Assembly: GCF_009914755.1 (NCBI RefSeq)
Contig: NC_060930.1
Strand: one strand, 5' to 3'
DNA: 64,000 nt
Origin: the human T2T-CHM13v2.0 reference genome, Homo sapiens
Shown in pieces: positions 1 to 12,564 of this stretch; position 1 is the stretch's first letter, and each line of letters opens with the position of its first letter. The translations under genes were made by a program, and so were the position numbers. A model generated the notes under the pieces. It did no database searches. It had not been told where the DNA came from and was given only the letters and a program-made list of their open reading frames with translations.

Positions 1-133
1 TAATCATATAAGTCCTATAGTTTTTAAATTATACTGTTTGATAGAAAGTAATAAATGAATTTATTTTCTGATAATTTAGCATTTCTGTTAAAAGCAAGAG
101 ATGATTAATCTCCAGAATTTAGAAAAATACATC

Positions 134-3100
134 TGATATCATCTGGATGTTTGTCCCCTCCAAATATCGTGTTGAAATGTGAATCCCAGGGAGGGGTGGA
201 GCAAGACAACTAGAGACTAGCCTCTGCCAATCATTCCACCCTCTCCCCCTCAACCCGCCCACCGACAGGAACAAAAAAACTTTGAATAAATAACCTAGTG
301 TTGCATCTTAAAGAACTAAAAAATCAAGAGCAAACCAAACCCTAAATTAGTAGAAGAAAATACACAATAAAGATCAGAGCAAAAATAAATGTAATTGAAA
401 CAGAACAATACAACAGATCACGAAACAAAAAAGTTTTTTTGAAAAGATAAACAAAAACAAACCTTTAGCCCAACTGAGAAAAAAACAAGAGAAGACCCAA
501 ATAAATAAATTTAGATATGAAAAAGAGTCATTACAATTAACATCATAGAAATTCAAAGGATCATTAGTGGCTACCGTGAGCAACCATAAGCCAATAAAAT
601 GGAAAATCTGTAAGAAATAGATGATAAATTGCTAGACACATATAACCTATCAATATTGAATCATAAAGAAATCCAAAACCTGAACAGACTAATAATAACT
701 AACAAGATGGAAGGTGTAGTCAAAATTCTCCCTGTTAAAAAAAATGCCGAGAACCCATTGGCTTCACTGCTGAATTCTAACAAACATTTAAAGCAGTAAT
801 GCCAATACTATTCAAATTATTCCAAAATATAGAGGAGAAGGGAATATTTCTACACTCATGTTAATAGGCCAGTATTACCATGATCCCCAAATCAGACAAA
901 AACACATAAAAATAAAAAAACTACAGGCCAATATTTCTGATGAACATTCATATGACAATTGTAACAATTCTCAACAAATTGCTAGAAAACTGAATTCACA
1001 ACACATTAAGAAATTCATTCATTATGACCAAGTAGGATTTATTCCAAGGATGTAAGGATGGTTCAGCATACACAAATCAATAAACATGAGACATCATATC
1101 AACGGAATTAAGAACAAAATGATATACTCATTTCCATTGATGCTGAAAAACATTTGATAAAGTTTAACATTATTTCATGATAAGAACTCTCAAAAAACTG
1201 GGTATACAAACAACATACTTAAACCCAATAAAAATCATATATGACAAACCCATAGGTAGCATCATACCAAATGGGTAAAAATTAAAATTATTTTTGCTTA
1301 AATCTAGAAAATGACAAGATGTCCACTTTCACCACTGTTATTTCACATGCTACTGGAAGTCCTCACTAGAGCTATTAGACAAGAGAAAGTAACCAAGGAC
1401 ACCCAAATTGGAAAGGAAGAAGTCAAATTATCCTTATTTGCAGATGGAAAAACCTAAAGACTCCACCCAGAAAACCATTAGAACTGATAAATTCAGTAAA
1501 GTTGCACCATACTAAATCAACATACAAAAACTAGTAACATTTCTGTATGACAACAATGAACAATCTGAAAAAAATCAAGGAAGTAATCTTATTTACAGTA
1601 GCTACAAATAAAGTAAAATATCTGAGAATTAACTCAACCAAAGAACTGAAAGATATCTACAATGAAAACTGCAAAATACTGATGAAAGAAATTGAAGAGA
1701 CCCCTGAAATGGAAAGCTATTTCATGTTCATGGATTGGAAGCATCAATATTTTTAAAATGTCTATCCAAAGCAGTCTACAGATTCAATGCAATCCTTAAA
1801 AAAATACCAATAACATTCTTCACAGAAATAGAAAAAGCCATCCTAAAATGTATATGGAACCACAAAAGACCCAGAGTAGTTAAAGCTATCTTGATCAAAA
1901 ATAACAAAACTGGAGGAATCACATTACCTGACTTCAAATAATAATACAGAGCTATAGTTAGCAAAACAACAAGTTACTGGCCTAAAAACAGACACATACA
2001 TCAGTGAAACAGAATTAAGACCCAGAAAGAAATCCACACACCTACAGTGAGCTCATTCTTGACAAAGATGCCGAGAACATAAATTGGGGAAAAGACAGTT
2101 TCTTCAATAAATGGTGCTGGGAAAACTGGATATCTATATTGAGAAAAATGAAACTAGACCCCTTTCTCTTGCCATATACCAAAATCAAATCATAATGATT
2201 TAAAGATTTAAATTTAAAAACTCAAACTGTTTAACTACTATAAGAAAATATTGGGGGAATTCTCCAAGACATTGGAGTGGCCAAATATTTCTTGAGCAAT
2301 ACCCTACAAGCACAAGCAACCAAAGCAAAAATGGACAAATAAAATTACATCAAGTTAAAATGCTTCTACACGGCCAAGGAAACAATTAATAAAGTCAAGA
2401 GACAACCCACAGAATGAGAGGAGATATTTGTAAACTCCCCATCTGAAAAGGGATTAATAACAAAAGTATATGAGGAGCTCAAACAACTCTATAGGAAAAA
2501 GAAAATCTAATGATCCAATTAAAACATGGTCAAAAGCTCTGAATAAATATTTCTCAGAAAAAGACATAAAAATGGAAAATAGACATATAAGAAGCTGCTT
2601 GACATCATTGCTCATCAAAAAATGCAATTCAAAACTACAATGAGGTATCATATCAACTCAGTTATAATGGCCCTTATTAAAAAAATAGGCAATAACAAAT
2701 GCTGGAGGCCAGGTAGAGAAAAAGGAATCCTCACACACTGTTGGTGGGAATGTAAATTAGTACAGCCACTTTGAAGAACAGTTTGAAGGTTCCCCAAAAA
2801 ACTAAAACTGCAGCTACCATACAATGCAGCAATCCATTTCTAGGTATTAATTTATACCCACAAGAAGACAACCAGTATAATGAAGACGTTTTTGCACTCC
2901 CATGTTCATTACAGTACTATTCACGGTGGCCAAGATTTGAGGCACTCTGTGTCTATCAAGAGACAAATGGGTAAAGAACACGTGGTATACATATATAATG
3001 GAGTACTATTCAGTTATAAAAAAGAATGCATTCCTGTCATTTGCAGTATGGATAAAACTGGTGGTCCTTATGTTAAATGAAATAAGCCAGGCACAGAAAA

Positions 3101-3882
3101 GTAAACTACATAAGTTAGCTTTGTGAAAGCTAAAAATTAAAACATTTGAACTCATGGAGATACAGAGTTGAAGCATGTTTATGGGAGACTGGGAAAAGTA
3201 GTGGGGTGTGTGGAGAGGAAGTAGGGGTGGTTAAAGGGTTCAATACAATAGTAAGAAAGAATGAACAAGACCTAGAATTTCATAGCAAAAGAGTAACTAT
3301 AGTCAATAATTATTTAATTGTACATTTAAAAGTAATTAAAAGAGTATAATTGCATTGTTTGCAACACTAAGGATAAGTACTTGAGGTGATGGATAACTCC
3401 TTTATCCTGATTTGATTATTACACATTATATGCCTGTATTAAAACAGGTTCCCCATTCATATATACACCTACTGCGTACTCACAAAAATTAAAAATACAG
3501 AAATGTGATTGCCAGTGTTGGAGGTGGGACGTGGTAGGTGGTGACTAGATTGTAGGGGCTCGTTTCTCAGGAATAGCTTAGCACCATCCCCTTGGTGATA
3601 AGTGAGTTCTCGCTGTGAGTTCAAGCAAGACCTGGTTGTTTAAAAGAGTGTGGCACTTCCTCCCTCTCTCACTCTTGATCTAGTTCTCACCTTGTGACAT
3701 GCTAGCTCCCCTTCACCTTCTGCCATGATTGTAAGCTTCCTTAGGTCCTCACCAGAAGCAGATGCTAGCACTCTTTTACATAAACAGCCAGCAGAAGCAT
3801 GAGCCAATTAATGGCATCCTTTCAAAATAAATTACCTAGTCTGAAGTATTTCTTTATAACAATAGAAGAATGGACTAACACA
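134..3882 (+). mobile_element. MSTB-like solo LTR (ERVL-MaLR), split by an L1 into 134-188 and 3500-3882
   Basis: TG...CA ends (TGATATCATCTGGATGTTTGTCCCCTCCAAAT ... TGGACTAACACA); perfect 5-bp TSD ACATC at 129-133 and 3883-3887; MST-type body (AAGCTTCCTTAGGTCCTCACCAGAAGCAGATGCT). Confidence 0.88.
189..3499 (+). mobile_element. L1MA2/3-like LINE-1: ~85 bp of 5'UTR fused to decayed ORF2 and 3'UTR
   Basis: ORF2 remnants in the ORF track ([25 protein letters not shown]); L1MA-type 3' end (GGATAAGTACTTGAGGTGATGGATA...CACAAAAATTAAAAAT); 15-bp TSD GAAATGTGAATCCCA (174-188) / GAAATGTGATTGCCA (3500-3514). Confidence 0.92.
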
Positions 3883-4278
3883 ACATCTTACCATCTTCCA
3901 ATCATCTTCCAAAAAAAAAAAATATATATATATATATACACACACCCAGGAACCATTTTTTAAAACCAGAATAGACAACCTTGATGTATTTGAAATTTAG
4001 AACACTTTAGAAAAAAAAGATAGCCCTTAATATCAGACAGAAAATAAACATGTAATATAATGTAATTACATAATTTTTAATAATTAGAAAATTTATTTTG
4101 AAATTAGAACAAATATGTTACAAATATTTGGAAAATTTAAATGTAAAAGAAATATAAAGAATAAGGTAATATAATACAATGTAAATAAATGATGCATATG
4201 TATTTTAAAATCTACTATTTAAAAAAGAAGTCTTGTATACAAGAGCAATAGAGGAAAACATAAAGTGAAAATGTAAGA

Positions 4279-4510
4279 ACAGGTATTCGATAGCACAATG
4301 GAGTGACTATAGTTAACAATAAATTATTGTATATTTTAAAATAAATAAAAGAGTGGAATTAGTGTTTACCTAATGAAAATCTGTGGTAAATACTGAAGAT
4401 GATAGATATCTCAATTACCCTGATTGGATCTTTACATATTATATACCTGTACCAAACATCACATGTACTCCAGAATATATGCAACCATTAACTATACATA
4501 ATAATTACAG
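4279..4510 (+). mobile_element. L1MA4/5-like 3' end fragment
   Basis: GATAGCACAATGGAGTGACTATAGTTAACAATAA...AATTACCCTGATTGGATC...ATCACATGTACTCC resembles L1MA 3'UTR. Confidence 0.7.
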
Positions 4511-5919
4511 AAAAGTAAAATGTAGAGAATTATATTGCAAAAGTTTACAATTTTAGAATATCAACAATACCTTTTAATGTTAAAAGGTATACAGTAATTC
4601 TGAAAAATTATTTGAAATAGATGACAACTTAATATAATTAATACTCAAAGTGTTTTTAGAAATCATTAAGAAAAAGAAGAGGCCCATTCTCAGTTAAGAC
4701 TGGGAAAAGGGAATGAACAGGAAATTTAGGCAGAAGTAATGTCTAATAAGCATAAGTATTTTAAAGTAGCTACTATTTAAATAAAAATGTTACAGGTATA
4801 ATTATGGGTAAATATTTGATAACATGACAACTATAATATGCAATGTATTTCAAAGTTCAGTGACATGGACTGTCATATGTACTCCTGATGTATGTTTAAA
4901 TTACACAAGTCTTTTGTGAAACATTTGTAAGCATGTTTAAAAGAAAATGTACTTCTCCCTTTTGATCCATTAATTTCATATAAAGGAATGCTATTAATTT
5001 ATTTAAATTTTTAAAATGTATTAACTTATCCAAGGAAAACAATAAGCAATATGATTAAAATGTTAGATACGAAGGTCATCTGTAATACCATGTGATCCTA
5101 GAATTTGGATTAAATATTCATCATAGGGGATTGTTTATATGATTCACGATATTTTATTTATTGAGAATAAAGTTTTCAAATAATATTTGGTGTCAAAGGA
5201 AAATTTCTATATCACTGTAGGAAAAAATTGATAGAAAGGCATCAATATATACAGAGGCATTATCTCTGAATGGTGATGATACACATACCTCTTTTTAAAT
5301 GTTTTATTTTTTATACCAACTTATACTATACAAAACAAAGGGGTTACTATTGCTACCCTCAGAAACCTCGATAATTTACATTTCATTCATGGCTTACAAG
5401 GGAGAGCAAAATATATCATGAAACGTTCTGGGTATATGATTTTATAGTGTTGCCAAGTATATATTTAAGAATATATTTTATATTGTATGATCTATTTACA
5501 CTTAAACAAATTGTATGTTTAACAGCAGTTTTCTTTTGCATCTTTTAAAATGTCATTCAGAAATGGTTGCCACCAAAGAATCACTGCTAAATAAGTTTCA
5601 TAAATTGCCACACTAACAAAAATAATGACATTTAATATGGAAAGTGATTATAACTATAAAGCCTAGTTGTCTAAACTGTGGCTTTTATTACCTTGAGCAT
5701 TTATTTTCATACTGCATTGCTCATCAGAGTTCTCTTTCAGAAATGTTTTCATACAGTAAACTTTATATTCTATTTTAAGGAAGAAAGATATTTAAAGATT
5801 TTTAATGCTATAAATCTGTTAAAATATCTAAGCCAAAATACAAAAGGTAAATGCTATTTGGAGAATACCAAGTTGCTAGAAATGATGTTCAATACAATAT
5901 AGAAAATAGTAATATTCTA

Positions 5920-6209
<290 letters not shown>

Positions 6210-7059
6210 ATATCAAAGCTATCCAAACTACAATTTTAGATATCCAAGAAGCCTTCTAAATCTGCTATAGTTAGTAATAATTTTAATAACATCATCAGAA
6301 AAAATTAATTGACATTTTAAACAATAAGTCAATGAAAATGACTTTTAAAATCTCAAGCAAAAATGTCTAGATACATTTCTAGATTCTTAAATAAAGTTTT
6401 CAAGTAACAGAATTATTGAATATTTGTATAATGTGTGCTTTCTAAAAAAACCCACTTGCTAATATTTTTAAATCATATCCTATAATCATACATCAACTGT
6501 CAACAGTAACATTAGGAAGTTATTTTTTTCAACCACTAAATTGGGAAAGGAAGGAACTTGCTTTTCTTTTACCATGAATAAAAGAGCTCCCTCTGTCAGG
6601 AAAACGAATTAGGCACCCAGTGTCTGCCTGATTACTTGGCTCAAGCACGACTCTGCTTCCTCACAGGGACCTCCAGAGACTGAGTTGTTTTCTCCTAACT
6701 TGTGGCTTAATCTTTCATTAAAGTGTTAAGAATGAGATACACGGAGTCAAACCACAAAATAATTCACTGCATTGTTCCCAACCGTCATTTGGCAATGGAC
6801 ACCGTGTATGTATTGTTAATAAGTGCTTTAAAAATCTACCCTAAAGCAATCATCATAAATTAATCTACATTTTCTTCATTCTATTATGTTTTGATCTGTA
6901 TGTGCTTCTTGGGGATAAAATTTTCAGTCAAATATTTCCCATACATTTCTGTCAGACAATGCTTTGAAATAAATCCCATTAAGCAACCAAGAAACATTTT
7001 AGCTCCGATCATATATCTAATATCTGAGTCAGATTAATCAACCTTTTGAATGACAATCA

Positions 7060-7150
7060 ATTCTTCATTTATAGATTGAGAGGATTTAGACATATAATAC
7101 ATGTCAAGTGCCCAGCACAGTGCCACTCAGCAAATTTAGTTTCATTTGTA
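7060..7150 (+). mobile_element. MIR 3' fragment
   Basis: GAGAGGATTTAGACATATAATACATGTCAAGTGCCCAGCACAGTGCC..CTCAGCAAAT. Confidence 0.55.
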
Positions 7151-7279
7151 CTTTCCTATAATTTCCTTAAAATCAGTCCTCATACTTTAGGGTCTGCTTT
7201 CCACTTTAGTGTTGTGGAATTTCAATGTTCAATTTCTATTCAGCCATATTCACTTGTTCATGATTTATAAGGTTCAGAC

Positions 7280-7560
7280 ATTAGCCATCATCACCTTCTG
7301 CCAGAAGTTCAATAATATGTTTTCATTGGCCTCTCTATCTCTGTTTTTACTCCCTTGAAATCCCAATCCTATCCTCACTATGTTGGTTTCAGTTCTTTGG
7401 AAAAACAGCAACAACAAAACATCAAAAAATGTAAATCAATTCTCACATTTTTCTGCTGAACTCCAGTGGTTTACCACATATGGCTGAAAAACTTCAAACT
7501 CCGTATTTTCATTCCTGGCTCTACTTGTCCAACTTTTACTGATTTTCATTTCGGCTCTAG
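7280..7560 (+). mobile_element. L2 fragment
   Basis: Decayed L2-like GCCATCATCACCTTCTGCC...AAATGTAAATCAATTCTCAC...CTCCAGTGGTTTACCAC. Confidence 0.45.
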
Positions 7561-10264
7561 CCTTCCTGACCCACTTGCCTTTCTCCTCTCCACAACTTTT
7601 GCAGAGATGAATTCCCATTACCACCAAATAACAACTTTCTTTCCAGCTACAACCTATACCAGATGGCAGAAAATGTGAAAGACAGTTTTTTACAACATCT
7701 GCAAGATTTTCTTAATAGACAACCAAATATGGAACTATATACATACAAAGTAATATAACACAGGAATTTATTATATAAAGACATTGAAAGAGTAAGCAAG
7801 CAGACAGGCAACAGAGAGATATAAAAGTTAGAAGAAATGATTGTTTTTCCAAGGAAGAAAAAAGTAAATAAATAAAAAATTAGAGTGTAATGACAGAAAA
7901 ATTCACTTGAGATAAATATTTCTTTTCACTTTTAAGATTAAACTTATGTGATATACTATGAGTCTGAATATCTTGAATTCCAAATGTCAACATGGAATGC
8001 CAAAAATAGGGAAAAATTATTTGAAGAAAAGTGAAATTTTTTTTCAAACTTGGGCTGCCCAGGTCATCTTAATTACTTTATATATTTCATTCATGTAATG
8101 CCAACTACACATGTTTATATGATTACCTATTTAACAAACTTCCTTAGAATTTTGTTTCATATTTTATGTATTTCCCAGTCTTCCAAGGGGAAAAAAAGAG
8201 GGAAAATATTTCAGGAAACTGTCTTTGAGGGAATTTGTAAAATATTTTCTGTATTACAGTGTGACTTGAAGATAGAAAAAGGATACTATAGAAATCTCAG
8301 AGGATCATCTTGTCACAATGATGCATTTGACAAGTATTTAATTAGTCTTACATATTTTAAAGATGAGAATGTTTTTATAACTCAATTCCCATGATTAGAA
8401 AACATCTACTTAAATAAATCACATAGTAAATGTTAGTGCCTTTCTTCATTTTGAGTTAGCGAAAATCCCAGAAATTTTCCTGTGTGTACCAAATTAAGAC
8501 ATGTTTCTATGTGTGCCTTCAAACTCATACACTATTACAATTTTATTTTTGCTTATCTGGTTTTTGTTTTGTTTTGTTTCTTTTCTTTTTGCGAAAAGTC
8601 TAAGTAACTGGAGTTACCTAACTTTTATTTTCCCTTTTCATTTCAGAAAGTAGCAAATATCTGGCATATGATTGTTATTGTTCATGTTGTAGAAAGAGTG
8701 TATTGTCCTTGATCATATAATCCTGTATTTTTTTTCCAAAAGGGCTGTAATTTTAAATGTTGAAAGCAATAAGCCTCTTTATTTACTTATTTATTTACAA
8801 AGTAAACCCAAGGAATTTGTCTTATTTTTAAGAATAAAAAATAATTTCATTTGTAAAATTTTCCCCAAAGTGTTTCTTACATAGAATTCTATCATGTTCC
8901 AGTGTAAACCACACTTGAATCAATTTCCATAAGAAAGCATTATATGAGTTTACAAGTATCAGGGACATCTCAACCAAAGGGTAATGATAGACGGAAGTGC
9001 ACAAAATGACACTAATGTGTGCAGCCAAATGGTACAGGATTAGGTGTTACACCTAGTTTTTTAACATTCTCACTAACAAACACTTAGCTGTGGTAAACAA
9101 CAAATTAATTTACAGTGAACATGACTTTGGAAAATTTTGTGGGTATTTTTATAGTGAGAAAAACTGTTTAGTTTCTCAAAATATTTTAAAATCAAATTTA
9201 CATAATATGTTTTATGCACTTATTAAAATAAAAATTAAAGTATATACAGTACAGATTCTTGGATATTTCCTTTAAAATATATAAAGAAGCTGCATTTGTC
9301 TAAGATTTTATAAATGCATCGAAGAAGTAAAGTATCTCATAACAAGAAGCTTATCTGCCATTCTGCAAGAATAATTTCATGAAGCCTTGAAAACTGTATA
9401 CGCTAATGAGTGGATAATGCAATAACCTTGAGGCCTTCTGCACTCAGATTGCCCTATCATAAAAATGTGAGCAAACTTGAGTAACATAAAAACAAATATT
9501 CACAAATTTATTTTAATGGAGCCCACACAAAAATGTGTAAGGCAGAAACAAGGTTAAAGTATATAAAATGATAATGCTATTAAATTTAATAATCAATGAG
9601 AAAAGTGGTAGAGAATCATATTTGCTCTTTGACATGTCTTGATTACTATTGTGGAAGAGTCCCAAGACTAGGAATCCACTGTAAACCCAGGATACAGAGG
9701 TGGCTATGGAAGGTTGCCTGCTCCAACTGATTAATGTGCCTCTGGTATATGAGGCAAATGCTGCTCCTTGAATTGGCACACAACTCCTCTACGTAACTTC
9801 ACAGGAAGGTTCAATCAGTCTCATTGTTCTACTCTAGCTGTATAGGATATAATCTCAAACGATAAGAAATTGCAGCTATCCTTGTACTAAGCAAATCAAG
9901 ACCTGTCTTTTTAATCTGCAGGTGAAATTTGATACGTCCTTTGAAAACTAAGTATGTTATTGGTAATTGATTACGGATTTGAAGCTTTTATTCCTAGATT
10001 TCTTAAAGGGCCAGATATGTATCTAGCTATTGGAATTGACACTTGTTTACACTGAATTTCTGAGTCATAAGCAACAAAGGATAAATAGAGGAAAGAGTAA
10101 TAGTTTGAAAAATGAGAAAATAACAAAGAAAGTTTATGATAGAATTTATTTCTAAACTACCATGGACATACTGTCCCTGTTTCTGGTTAATTTAAAAATG
10201 AGTAAAATTATTCTTCTGAAAAGCAATTTCTTATAAATTGGGTATGTGAATATAATGCATGAAG

Positions 10265-10510
10265 AAAGTAGAGCAGAGAGATGAAATATGTAGGCTCTTT
10301 AAGACTACAGTTTAGGGCCAAATCTCGAGCCATAAGTTGTTAGCCATGTGATGTTTGGTAGAATCAATATACTGTCTGTGCTTCAGTGTTCTCATGTGAA
10401 AAATCGCATTGCAATACTATATTCCAAAAATGTTTGAAAATATTAAATCAAATGATATATGAACAGTGATTAGAATAGTGTTGGTGATTATGAACACTTT
10501 AAGATTAAGT
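10265..10510 (+). mobile_element. MIR
   Basis: Core TGTCTGTGCTTCAGTGTTCTCATGTGAAAAAT followed by MIR-like tail. Confidence 0.55.
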
Positions 10511-10941
10511 GTACATACTTTCAAATTGTTGTTCTTTTGCTTTCTTTTTATAATATCTTTATTAAACATATTTTTAGATGAACATTATAATGCCATTCTA
10601 TGATATAATATAGAAATACCATATTGATTTTAGGGGTTTTATAATGCTGTAATTTTAATTTTAAATCTGCACTCTTCTGCACATTTTACTGGAAACTTAG
10701 CTGACTTACACTTTAGTGCCTCAACAGTTATCATGAGGCTGAGCATCATCTGTCAGAAACAAACACATTGAAGATTCTGAACTCGTTGCTCAGAGGTTTT
10801 ATTATAATATTAAGCACAGGATGTAAGAAATCTAAATGTAGCACATCCGGAAAATATTATCTTCTACAAATACAATAATTTGGATTTGTTCCTATTCAGA
10901 AGACATGTTGAAAATGCTCAAGGATATTGTACAGTGATTTC

Positions 10942-11682
10942 TTTTTTTTAATTTATTTATTATACTTTAAGTTTTAGGGTACATGTGCACAACGTGCAGG
11001 TTAGTTACATATGTATACATGTGCCATGTTGGTGTGCTGCACCCATTAACTCGTCATTTAACATTAGGTATATCTCCTAATGCTATCCCTCCCCCCTCTC
11101 CCCCCACCCCACCACAGGCCCTGGTGTGTGATGTTCCCCACCCTGTGTCCAATGTTCTCATTGTTCAATTCCCACCTATCAATGAGAACATGCGGTGTTT
11201 GGTTTTTCATCCTTGCGATAGTTTGCTGAGAATGATGGTTTCCAGCTTCATCCATGTCCCTAGAAAGGACATGAACTCATCATTTTTTATGGCTGCATAG
11301 TATTCCATGGTGCACATGTGCCACATTTTCTTAATCCAGTCTATTGTTGTTGGACATTTGGGTTGGTTCCAAGTCTTTGCTATTGCAAATAGTGCCGCAA
11401 TAAACATATATGTGCATGTGTCTTTATAACAGCATGATTTATAATCCTTTGGGTATATACCCAGTAATGGGATGGCTGGGTCAAATGGTATTTCTAGTTC
11501 TAGATCCCTAAGGAATTGCTACACTGACTTCCACAATGGTTGAACTAGTTTACAGTCCCAGCAACAGTGTAAAAGTGTTCCTATTTCTCCACATCCTCTC
11601 CAGCACCTGTTGTTTCCTGACTTTTTAATGATTGCCATTCTAACTGGTGTGAGATGGTGTCTAATTGTGGTTTTGATTTGCA
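10942..11682 (-). mobile_element. L1PA4-like 5'-truncated LINE-1 (~740 bp)
   Basis: Poly-T then TTATACTTTAAGTTTTAGGGTACATGTGCACAACGTGCAGGTTAGTTAC; ORF2 C-terminus (MFIAALFAIAKTWNQPKCP); TSD CAGTGATTTC(T) at 10932 and 11681. Confidence 0.95.
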
Positions 11683-11690
11683 GTGATTTC

Positions 11691-12224
11691 TTTTTTTAAA
11701 TTATACTTTAAGTTTTGGGATACATGTGCAGAACATGCAGGTTTGTTACATAGGTATACACGTGCCATAGTCATTTACTGCACTTGTTGGCCTGTCATCC
11801 ACATTAGATATTTCTCCTAATGCTATCCCTCCCCTTGGCCCCCACCCCCCAAGAGGCCCCAGTGTGTGATGTTGCCCTCATTGTGTCCATGTGTTGTCAT
11901 TGTCCAACTCCCACTTATGAGTAAGAGCAGGTGGTGTTTGGTTTTCTGTTCCTGTGTTAGTTTGCTGAGAATGATAGTTTCCAGCTTCATCCATGTCCCT
12001 GCAAAGGACATGGACTCATTCTTTTTTATGGCTGCATAGTATTCTATGTATACATGCCGCATTTTCTTTATCCATTCTATTATTGATGGGCATTAGGGTT
12101 GGTTCCAAGTCTTGCTATTGTGAATAGTGCTGCAATAAACATACGTGTGCATGTGTCTTTATAGTAGAATGACTTATAATCCATTTGACCCAACAATCCC
12201 ATAACTGGGTGTATATATATATAT

Positions 12225-12256
<32 letters not shown>

Positions 12257-12564
12257 TATATATATACACATATATATATCTCCATATATATATATCTCCA
12301 TACATATACTCCATATATATATATCTCCATATATATATCTCCATATATATATCTGCATATATATATCTCCATATATATCTCTCCATATATATCTCTCTAT
12401 ATATATCTCTCCATATATATATCTCTATATATATCTCTCCATATATATATCTCTCCATATATATCTCTCCATATATATATATCTCCATATATATATATCT
12501 CCATATATATATATCTCCATATATATATACACACATACACATATATATCCAAAGGATGGTATTT
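11691..12564 (-). mobile_element. L1PA7-like 3' end with a short inverted segment and embedded microsatellite
   Basis: TGGGATACATGTGCAGAACATGCAGGTTTGTTACATAGG; ORF2 C-terminus (EYYAAIKKNESMSFAGTWMKLETIILSKL). Confidence 0.9.
12211..12548. repeat. Compound microsatellite (TA)n/(CA)n/(TCTCCATATATA)n
   Basis: Directly visible; about 18 CTCCATATATAT-type units. Confidence 0.97.

Noticed and set aside
858-3349. Several ORFs with L1 ORF2 similarity
   Set aside because: Fragmented by stops and frameshifts; dead LINE-1, not a gene
9922-9951. Possible 30-nt exon (CTTTTTAATCTGCAG|...|GTATGT)
   Set aside because: Stop codons in all three frames and a weak donor; such site pairs are expected by chance
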